Assembly (NCBI GenBank): GCA_038897215.1
Contig: JAWAWX010000001.1
Span: 96,001-160,000 of the forward strand
Length of the DNA: 64,000 bases
From: Acidilobaceae archaeon
Lineage (GTDB): Archaea > Thermoproteota > Thermoprotei_A > Sulfolobales > Acidilobaceae
Direction of reading: 5' to 3'
In this document: piece by piece, positions 56,689 to 64,000 of the stretch
How positions within the stretch are numbered: the stretch's first letter is position 1
Layout of the letters: every line of letters begins with the position of its first letter
The notes under the pieces: generated by a model
What the model was told of the DNA's origin: nothing
Database searches by the model: none
Seen by the model: the letters and a program-made list of their open reading frames with translations, nothing else
Program-made: the position numbers and the translations under genes

Positions 56689-57843
56689 TCAGCCCGGCTC
56701 TACCTCCAGCCCGTAGAGTATCGCGTCGGGGTCTTTGAGAGCGTGCCCCGTGGCGACTATCACAACCGTCTCCCCTCTGTCCACGAGCCTCTCCTCGAGG
56801 CTCTTCAGGTAGCCTGCTAGAGCGGCGGCGCTAGCTGGCTCTACGCCCACCCCCTCGAGCCTGGCTAGAGTCTTCTGGGCTCTCAGTATCTCCTCGTCGC
56901 TGACGACGACCATCGCTCCCCGCGACTCCTCCAGAGCTCTCCACGCCTTGAGCCAGTTCACGGGCCTCCCGATCCTTATAGCTGAGGCTATAGTTTCGGG
57001 TTTCTCGACGGGGACTAGCCGCGGCTCTCCTCGAGCCCAGGCTGTGGCTAGAGGCGCGGCTTTCTCAGCCTGGACTCCCAGCATTCTCGGAGTCTTGCTC
57101 GCGACGCCTAGCTCCTTGAGCTCCCTGAACCCCTTCCATATAGCCGATATGTTTCCAGCATTCCCCACCGGGACGACTACGACATCGGGAGGCTCTCCGA
57201 GCTCCTCGAATACCTCGAACGCTAGAGTCTTCTGGCCCTCTAGCCTCCACGGGTTCACGGAGTTGAGAGGGTAGACTCCCTTCTCTCTCGAGACCGCTCT
57301 ATCGAGGACCTCGTCTAGAGCTCTATCAAACCCCCCCTCTACCTCCACAACCTCGGCTCCGTGGAGCAGAGCTTGAGCAAGCTTCCCTCTAGCCACTCCT
57401 CCTCTAGGAAGGTATACTATGCACCTAAGCCCGGCTCTAGCAGCGTAGGCAGCAGCAGAAGCAGCAGTATTCCCCGTGCTAGCCACGGCTACAGCAACGG
57501 CTCCCGAGTACTTCGCTATAGTCGCTCCCACAGTCATCCCTCTATCCTTGAAGCTACCAGTTGGGTTCGAGCCCTCTAGCTTAACGTAGACCCTGGGGCT
57601 GGCTACTCTCGCGAGCTCGATGAGAGGAGTCCCCCCCTCGCCCAAGCTCACAGGCTCTACTCCTCGAGCTACCGGGAGGAGACTCCAGTACCTCCACACA
57701 CCACGCCTTCTCTCAAGAGGCCTCCACTCACTCGAGCCTCCGCGAGGGAGCACGACTTCGAGAAGCCCTCCGCAACCAGGGCACCTGAAGAGCCAAGGGT
57801 CTGGAGCCAGGCTAGAACCACACACGATACATTTCAGCCTCAA
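56689..57843 (-). CDS. thrC: Threonine synthase
   Basis: Zinc-ribbon N-terminus; LGEGGTPL, NPTGSFKDRG, ASTGNT, NSVNP.RLEGQKT, PVGNAGN and TGHALKDP. Confidence 0.95.
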   Translation of the reverse strand: MRLKCIVCGSSLAPDPWLFRCPGCGGLLEVVLPRGGSSEWRPLERRRGVWRYWSLLPVARGVEPVSLGEGGTPLIELARVASPRVYVKLEGSNPTGSFKDRGMTVGATIAKYSGAVAVAVASTGNTAASAAAYAARAGLRCIVYLPRGGVARGKLAQALLHGAEVVEVEGGFDRALDEVLDRAVSREKGVYPLNSVNPWRLEGQKTLAFEVFEELGEPPDVVVVPVGNAGNISAIWKGFRELKELGVASKTPRMLGVQAEKAAPLATAWARGEPRLVPVEKPETIASAIRIGRPVNWLKAWRALEESRGAMVVVSDEEILRAQKTLARLEGVGVEPASAAALAGYLKSLEERLVDRGETVVIVATGHALKDPDAILYGLEVEPG

Positions 57844-57949
57844 ATCAGAGCGAAGAGGGCTGTCAATTATCCCACCTTCAACTCCTCACACCACGCTGAG
57901 CCTTAAATAGAGAGAGGCTCGGCGAGCCTTCGGGTCTCCTCGAGGCTGG

Positions 57950-58984
57950 CTACTTGTAGGCTATGTACTCGCCTCTAAGCGGGACTCTGAGCCCGCAGCG
58001 CGGGCACCTCCAGCTCCCGTCTGGGCTCTTCTCGAGAGTGAAGGACCTCACTCTGTAGCCTCTCCTCTCTATGAGAGTCTTCCCGCACCTCGGGCAGAGT
58101 GTAGACTCGAGCCTGGGGTCTCCCACGTTGCCCACGTACACGTAGCCTAGCCCGGCTCTTCTCGCTCTCTCTCTGACCTCGAGTAGCTTCGAGAGAGGCG
58201 TGGGCGGCTCTCTCCAGACTCTAGCTGGGTAGTATCTGTTCACGTGTAGAGGCACGTCTGGCCCCAGGCTATCAGCGTGCTTCCCCAGGATCCACTCGAT
58301 GCACTCATCGAAGTCGTTGGTGTTCGTCACGACTAGGTAAACCATCTCCACGTGCCCCCCGAGGTCTAGGATCAGTCTGGCGTTCCTGAAGACTAGCGAG
58401 TGGTCTACTGTGGCTAGAGCTCTCCTCATCCCCGGGCACCCCTTGATGTCTATGCTCCACCCGTCGACTCCCGCTTCGACGAGAGTCTTCACTGCCTCGA
58501 GCGTCATGTACCCGTTGGTTACGACCATAGAGTACAGTCCTCTCCTGACCGCCTCCTCCGTGGCGTCTACGACGTAGTCCAGGTTTACCGTGGGCTCGTT
58601 GAAGCTAGCTGATAGGCCCTCATCTCCGCTAGCTAGAGCGAGCTCCACGAGTTCTTCAGGAGGCACCACGGCATCGCTCTCCCGAGGCCTCCTGAAGCTC
58701 AAGTGGTGATTCTGGCACCAGGGGCAGTAGAAGTTGCACCCGTATGTAGAGTAGGTGAGAGCAGTGCTGTTAGGCCAGTAGTGGAATAGAGGCTTGACCT
58801 CTATGGGTCTACTCTCGATAGCGCTAAGCCTACCGTAGCCGAAGTGCTCTAGCTCGCCGCCTCTATTCACGTAGCTCCCGCATATCCCTACTCCTCCCTC
58901 GGGAAGCCTGCATCTTCTCTCGCAGACAAGGCACTCGACAAGAGACCCCTCTAGGCTCCTCCAGAGCCTAGCTCTACGGCTCAA
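57950..58984 (-). CDS. AmmeMemoRadiSam system radical SAM enzyme
   Basis: C..C.R.C......G.C, PIEVKPLFH, CNFYCPWCQN, FNEP, YVYVGNV and C-terminal CxxC pairs. Confidence 0.9.
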   Translation of the reverse strand: MSRRARLWRSLEGSLVECLVCERRCRLPEGGVGICGSYVNRGGELEHFGYGRLSAIESRPIEVKPLFHYWPNSTALTYSTYGCNFYCPWCQNHHLSFRRPRESDAVVPPEELVELALASGDEGLSASFNEPTVNLDYVVDATEEAVRRGLYSMVVTNGYMTLEAVKTLVEAGVDGWSIDIKGCPGMRRALATVDHSLVFRNARLILDLGGHVEMVYLVVTNTNDFDECIEWILGKHADSLGPDVPLHVNRYYPARVWREPPTPLSKLLEVRERARRAGLGYVYVGNVGDPRLESTLCPRCGKTLIERRGYRVRSFTLEKSPDGSWRCPRCGLRVPLRGEYIAYK

Positions 58985-59184
58985 CCGCTCGCCCTAGATA
59001 ATGTGCTCACCAGGCCTCTTCTCCCCTCTCAGAGAGCTCGCCGAGGCCTCCTCCGAGCAGAGTCCCAGCGTGCTTCTATAACTCCTCCCCCCGGGGCTCC
59101 CCTAAAGCTACCGAGCTAGCCCGCTTAGAGCTAAGAGAAGAAGCTAGGAGGAGGAGAGAGCAGACTCTCTCAGCGCCTAGACTG

Positions 59185-59811
59185 CTAGAGCTGGATAGCA
59201 GGGCTCTCGGAGGGGCCGGGCTGCGGCTGGGTCGGCTTTAGCGTGAAGAACGCCACTACTAGTAGTATCTCGGCTATAAACAATACGAGAGAGCCGATCA
59301 GCACTACTGCGAGGACTGCTCCGGCTAGGTAAGCGAGCCCGGCTAGCTTGAAGACGTCATTGCTCGTGACCTCAGCTGTGGCCGCGGTAGCCTTGTAGAA
59401 GAAGAAGGCTGAAGCCACGAAGACAACCCAGCCGGCTATGAGGAATAGGAGGAGTAGCGCTAGCGCAGCGATCCCGACACCAGTTAACTCCTCGATACCG
59501 CCCGCTGTCGCGAATAAAGCGAAGACTACTACGAGAGCGATGATCGCAACAAACACCACAAAGATAGATGCGAGTATGCTCAGCCCTATCCATATCAAAA
59601 CGTTCTTGAATATATCCGGTCTGCCGTAAAGCTCCGAGATTCTCCGAAAAGCGAGAACTAGTAGCACGATGGCAACAACCCAGGCTACGAGGCACAGAAA
59701 TGCTCCGATGTAGGGGACGAGTATCAAGAAGTAGCTCAGAAGCAATAACATTGCCCCGACTACCCCGAATAGCCTAGCCTCTTCTAGACCGGCTTGCTGA
59801 CTGATTGCCAG
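59185..59811 (-). CDS. DUF996 family membrane protein (probable CTG start; paralog of 49925..50551)
   Basis: AGLEEAR, ISELYGRPDI, AFFFYKA, VFKL.GLAY.AGA and VAFFTLKP. Confidence 0.85.
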   Translation of the reverse strand: MAISQQAGLEEARLFGVVGAMLLLLSYFLILVPYIGAFLCLVAWVVAIVLLVLAFRRISELYGRPDIFKNVLIWIGLSILASIFVVFVAIIALVVVFALFATAGGIEELTGVGIAALALLLLFLIAGWVVFVASAFFFYKATAATAEVTSNDVFKLAGLAYLAGAVLAVVLIGSLVLFIAEILLVVAFFTLKPTQPQPGPSESPAIQL

Positions 59812-60007
59812 CGCGAACACCTCAATTATGCTAGCAATATTGGCAGCTAAAATTCTTTTCTACAGAAAGCTGGCTCAGCCAAGCCCGTCTACGAGCACGC
59901 CATCGCTACAGCAGTCGCCCCAGCGGCCTGAAGGGTTGTTCTCGTCTCGGCTACAGCTCTGCTAAGGCTCGCTCGCTAAACCGAGCTACTCGAGGACAAG
60001 CTTCTAG

Positions 60008-60097
60008 TGGCGCCGGGGGCGGGATTTGAACCCGCGCGGGGCGATGGCCCCACCGGCTTAGCAGGCCGGCGCCCTAGCCAGGCTAGGCGACCCCGGC
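60008..60097 (-). tRNA. tRNA-Ser(GCT), long variable arm, CCA encoded
   Basis: GCCGGGG acceptor stem; CCGGC-CT-GCT-AA-GCCGG; GGGGC-CATC-GCCCC variable arm; TTTAATA box about 30 nt upstream. Confidence 0.97.
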
Positions 60098-60223
60098 TCG
60101 TGTTCTTGCTTCTAGCTTGAGGGCTATTAAAGTGTTCCGAGCTTCGCTGTATCCCACCTTTTTCTCCTAGTTTTCCAGCGCTCTACCTACTTAGGGTTTA
60201 GGCGGGGGTCTCGTGCTGGGGCA

Positions 60224-61519
60224 TTGCTGGAGATGGATGCATACGGCTTAGTTTGCTCCGCTGTGTTTGCTGGCGTCATCGCCGCCATAGCTTTCGGCGT
60301 TCTCGATAGAGCAGTAGCCGGGGCTCTCGGAGTCGCTGTGCTCTTGCTCGTGGGAGCAGTCGGCTTGAGCGAGGCAGCGGGCTTCATCGACTGGGATGTT
60401 GTGGGTCTCGTTGTTCTAATGAGCTTCTACAGCGTCGTTCTAGAGGTCTCCGGTCTAGCCAGATGGGTTGCTCTAAGCCTAGCTAGGAGAGTGGAGAGCC
60501 CCGTTCTGCTGGCTTACTCAATCACTCTAGCAGCAGGCGTTCTCAGTCTGGCTCTAGAGAACGCTGTTACAGTGCTCGTCTTCGCTCCCGTGGCTCTAGC
60601 GCTTGCTAGAGCTCTCTCGATTAGCCCTGCTCCTCTAGTCATAGGTATCGCTCTAGCCTCGGGGATGGCTGGCTCAGCGACCATGATAGGAGACCCCCCG
60701 GCTATCATAACGGCAGGGCACTACGACCTAGGCTTCCTAGACTTCATAGTCTACAAGGGCAGGCCATCGATGTTCTTCATAACCATAGCCTCTATGGTCT
60801 TAGCTCTAGCTGTCTACACGTTCTCGAACTTCAGGATGGCGAGCGCGCTGAGAGCCGGAGGCGATGACGGAAGCAGGCTAGATAGAGTTTTCGCTGTAGA
60901 AGCTCTCCTATTCCTCCTAGTGAAGGTCTCTCTCCTGAGCTTGAGGAAAGAGCTTGAGATACCTATGAGTCTAGCGGCAGCAGTATCCCTATCTGGCATT
61001 ATCGCCACTCGTCTTGTTCTCCACGGGGATAGAGAGAGCGTTAGAGAGGTTATCGAGAAAGGGCTCGACCTCAGGCTACCGGTCTTCCTCTCATCGGTAT
61101 TCATTCTCAGCGGCTCTCTGAAGAAGCACAGTGTGACCGACGCTGTGGCAGAGGCAGCGGTCGGCCTAGCCGGGGAGAGCCTGGTCTCTCTAGGCGTTCT
61201 AGTCTTCCTGGTCTCAGCGGCTCTCTCCTCTCTAATAGAGAACATCCCGGTCACACTGACGCTACTCCCTGTAGCGGACAGCCTAGCCGCTAGAGTGGGA
61301 GCAGACCCCGTTACTCTAGCCTGGGGGGTTCTAGCCGGGCTGACAGCTGGAGGAGGCTGGACCTACATAGGTAGCGGAGCCAACGTGGTCGCCGTGAGGA
61401 TCCTGGAGAGAGAGGGGGTCAGCGTGTCATTCGCTGGCTTCACTAAAACAGCTCTGCCTTTCAACATAGCTAACACGACAGCATGCCTGGCTCTCTACGC
61501 TGCGATATGGCTCCTCTAG
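60224..61519 (+). CDS. ArsB/NhaD/SLC13 (ion transporter superfamily) permease
   Basis: FIDWD, LENAVTVL, GSATMIGDPP, LIENIP and IGSGANVV. Confidence 0.88.
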   Translation: MLEMDAYGLVCSAVFAGVIAAIAFGVLDRAVAGALGVAVLLLVGAVGLSEAAGFIDWDVVGLVVLMSFYSVVLEVSGLARWVALSLARRVESPVLLAYSITLAAGVLSLALENAVTVLVFAPVALALARALSISPAPLVIGIALASGMAGSATMIGDPPAIITAGHYDLGFLDFIVYKGRPSMFFITIASMVLALAVYTFSNFRMASALRAGGDDGSRLDRVFAVEALLFLLVKVSLLSLRKELEIPMSLAAAVSLSGIIATRLVLHGDRESVREVIEKGLDLRLPVFLSSVFILSGSLKKHSVTDAVAEAAVGLAGESLVSLGVLVFLVSAALSSLIENIPVTLTLLPVADSLAARVGADPVTLAWGVLAGLTAGGGWTYIGSGANVVAVRILEREGVSVSFAGFTKTALPFNIANTTACLALYAAIWLL

Positions 61520-61526
61520 GTGGCCA

Positions 61527-62738
61527 GTGGTGAGCGCCAGTAGGTGGAAGCATCTGGTGGCAGGCTTCGCTGTCACTCTATGCCTTGGAGTAGTCTACGC
61601 TTACAGCGTTCTAAGAGTCCACCTAGAGGAGTTCTTCTCCGAGACAGCTGAGAGAGAGCTCTCGGCTCTAGAGCTGCAGGCTGGCTACACGGTCTTCCTA
61701 GCAGTCTACTCTCTCTCAGTGATGGCCGGGGGGCGGGCGAGCGAGGCTCTTGGAGCTAAGAAGACTCTGCTCGCTGGAGGCTCTCTACTACTCCTAGCGT
61801 GGACTCTCAGCTCTCTAGCAGAAACCCCTCTGGAGTTCGCTGCTCCCTACGGGGTCCTCGGAGGCCTGGGTAGCGGGCTCGCCTTCAGCGTAGTCGTCTC
61901 AGCCGCGGTCAAGTGGTTCCCCGAGAAGAGCGGCTTCGCCTCAGGTCTCGCTATATCGGGCTTCGGCCTCTCCCCCCTCATCTCAGGCCCCCTCATAGAC
62001 CTCCTAGTCGAGAACCTTGGCCTCGCCTGGGCTCTGAGAGCTCTAGGCCTGGCGGTCTTCGCTGTGATAGCTTCAGCCAGCGTTGTGATAGACTTCCCCC
62101 CAGTCGCGGAGAAGCCTACCGCGGGAGGCTCTCCAGCGACAGCCAGAGACCTGGCCTCTCTATGGCTACTCTTCTGCTTGGGGACAGCTGTGGGGCTCTC
62201 GACAGTGGGCGTCTCCAAATCAGCCGGGCTCGAGGTAGCTGAGAGAGCGGGGCTGAGCCTCGAGGAGGCCTCGAGAGCTCTGACAGTAGCGGTCTCAGTC
62301 TTCAGCGTCTTCAACGCCGCGGGCAGGCCTCTCTTCGGGCTCCTCGTAGACAAGCTCGGGGTATCGAGAGCAGCAGTGATAGCCTACTCTCTAGCGGGAG
62401 CCGCTCTAGTAGCATTCTATCTCGGCAGTTCTTCTCTCGTAGTGTACGCTGTAGCGTACTCCGCTCTATGGGCTACTCTGGGTGGGTGGTTAGCCATATC
62501 CTCGGGGGCCACTAGAGCGGTCTTCGGGGTCGAGAGCTACCACAGAGTGTACGGCTACGTGTTCACAGCATACGGGGCAGGCGCGTTGCTAGGAAACCTG
62601 CTCCTAAACGGGGCTAGAGACGCTCTAGGAGACTACGCTACAGCCGGCTTGCTCCTCACACCACTACTAGCCGTGGGCGCAGTGGTCGCTCTCCTAACCC
62701 CTCCTCGCGAGGCGGCGAGAGGCTCTAGCAGAGTCTAG
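61527..62738 (+). CDS. MFS transporter, oxalate:formate antiporter-like
   Basis: GVVYAYS, KWFPEKSGFASG, N.AGR..FG...DKLG and YG..FTAYG. Confidence 0.88.
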   Translation: MVSASRWKHLVAGFAVTLCLGVVYAYSVLRVHLEEFFSETAERELSALELQAGYTVFLAVYSLSVMAGGRASEALGAKKTLLAGGSLLLLAWTLSSLAETPLEFAAPYGVLGGLGSGLAFSVVVSAAVKWFPEKSGFASGLAISGFGLSPLISGPLIDLLVENLGLAWALRALGLAVFAVIASASVVIDFPPVAEKPTAGGSPATARDLASLWLLFCLGTAVGLSTVGVSKSAGLEVAERAGLSLEEASRALTVAVSVFSVFNAAGRPLFGLLVDKLGVSRAAVIAYSLAGAALVAFYLGSSSLVVYAVAYSALWATLGGWLAISSGATRAVFGVESYHRVYGYVFTAYGAGALLGNLLLNGARDALGDYATAGLLLTPLLAVGAVVALLTPPREAARGSSRV

Positions 62739-63278
62739 CACGTCCTCGACCAGATTCCCTCCGGCTAGGTCGGTCGCTGCTATCAGAGGCCCCAGGCTCC
62801 TCACTCTGAGCAACCACACGGTCTCAGCAGGCCCCAGGTCCGCCCAGTAGGACCCCAGGACCTCCTCTACAGCGAGAGCTCCCAGCGCTCCGCAGCCCCC
62901 GGGGTACACTGCGTAGACTGCTCCCAGCTCTCTCAGAGCCTCCGAGACTCTCCTGCTAACTCCCCCCTTCCCTATGACCAGCTTGGCTCCCGTCGTCTCC
63001 ACGAACTCCGGTATGAGGTTCTCGAATCTAGCGCTCGTAGTCGGCCCGAGAGAGAGGCACGCTAGCGAGCCCCCTCTCTCTACGACCACGGGCCCAGCGT
63101 GCATGACAGCTAGCCCTCGAGCATCCACGGGTAGAGGCTTCTTCTCCAAGACTAGCCTCTCGTGAGCCTTATCTCTAGCAGTCAACACCAGCCCCGTTAC
63201 GTAGAAGACGTCTCCGGCTCTAAGCCCCCTCAGTGAGCTCGAGTCGAGGGGGCTCGACAAGACTCTCCTAGACTCCAC
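62694..63278 (-). CDS. Fe-S hydro-lyase (fumarate hydratase/tartrate dehydratase) beta subunit
   Basis: TARDKAH, HAGP, GPTTSAR and IGKGG. Confidence 0.92.
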   Translation of the reverse strand: MESRRVLSSPLDSSSLRGLRAGDVFYVTGLVLTARDKAHERLVLEKKPLPVDARGLAVMHAGPVVVERGGSLACLSLGPTTSARFENLIPEFVETTGAKLVIGKGGVSRRVSEALRELGAVYAVYPGGCGALGALAVEEVLGSYWADLGPAETVWLLRVRSLGPLIAATDLAGGNLVEDVLDSARASRRLARRG

Positions 63279-63999
63279 CGTAGACGTAGGGGACCACCTC
63301 TACCTCCAGGTTCTCGCTCACTCTGGCTCTAGACCTGCGGAGAGCCCAGCAGGAAAAGCTCACAGCGACAGCTAGAGCCGAGGGGTGAGCAGAGCTCGCT
63401 ACAACGTGAGCGTCTAGGACGGTCACAGCGCCCCCGAGGCTCTGAGGCCCCAGGCCTAGAGCGTTCCCGGTCTCCACCACGGCCTCCTCTAGAGCGGCGA
63501 GGTCTCTCCTCTCGCTCCTAGAGCCGAGCGGTCTGAGGAGAGCCAGCTTGGAGTTGAGAGCAGCAGACTCTATGGTTGAAGCTAGCCCCACGCCTACCAC
63601 GAGCGGGGGGCAGGCTCTAGAGGCTCTCTCTACTATAGCCTCTGCCACGAGTTCAGCTACATCCTCGAGTGAGCTAGAAGGGTCTAGGACTGTAGCTAGA
63701 GAGGCTCTAGAAGCCCCTCCTCCGGCTAGGTACAGCGCTAGATCTGCTCCGCTATAGCCCTCGATTATGTCGACTACGTGGACCAGGGGGAAGCCCGAGG
63801 CTCTCGAGGGCTTGAGGGGAGCCCACGTAACCGGGTCTCTCGAGTTGAGCCTCAGGTAGCCTTCCTCCACTGCTCTAGCCACTGCTCTCTCGACTGCTCT
63901 CAAGAGGGCTCTCTTGTGGGGGAACCTCTCTCCTAGCCATAGGAAGAACTCGGGGACCCCCGTGTCCTGGCAGAGGGGGAGTCTTCTCGAGCGCGCTAC
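63268..63999 (-). CDS. Fe-S hydro-lyase (fumarate hydratase/tartrate dehydratase) alpha subunit, 5' end beyond the window
   Basis: Frame open to the edge with PLCQDTG; ACPP, G.GPQ.LGG, HP and CWA.R. Confidence 0.92.
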   Translation of the reverse strand, partial: VARSRRLPLCQDTGVPEFFLWLGERFPHKRALLRAVERAVARAVEEGYLRLNSRDPVTWAPLKPSRASGFPLVHVVDIIEGYSGADLALYLAGGGASRASLATVLDPSSSLEDVAELVAEAIVERASRACPPLVVGVGLASTIESAALNSKLALLRPLGSRSERRDLAALEEAVVETGNALGLGPQSLGGAVTVLDAHVVASSAHPSALAVAVSFSCWALRRSRARVSENLEVEVVPYVYGGV

Positions 64000-64000
64000 C

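Overview
Chromosomal window of a GC-rich (hyper)thermophilic crenarchaeon, most likely Desulfurococcales/Acidilobaceae (Aeropyrum-like). Evidence for this: L15e-DUF54-Rpp30 cluster, Aeropyrum-type O-phosphoserine sulfhydrylase, AcnX mevalonate genes, split MetE, GGTG/GAGGTG Shine-Dalgarno sites, and mostly TTG/GTG starts. It is densely coding (about 60 CDS) with three intronless, CCA-encoding tRNAs (Gly-CCC, Val-GAC, Ser-GCT). Content is mostly housekeeping and metabolic: peptide ABC transporter, feoAB, glycogen operon, AOR, pstB/phoU, A-ATPase B/D, Mo/W ABC transporter with tfx, thrC, fumarase. A more variable stretch lies at about 49.9-59.8 kb. No CRISPR array, integrase or transposase was seen. 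Most notable observations: (1) a translationally coupled flippase + PIG-A-like GT4 + CE4 deacetylase operon, a candidate GPI-like glycolipid pathway; (2) probable non-canonical ATA and CTG start codons with matching SD geometry; (3) a convergent pair of catalytically eroded PD-(D/E)xK genes, one with apparent A-to-G biased decay; (4) surface proteins on heptad and hendecad coiled-coil stalks; (5) a DtxR-type operator on the feoAB promoter and a duplicated motif at the tfx/mod divergent promoter; (6) strong CTAG over-representation. All family assignments come from recognising motifs by eye; no database search was run.
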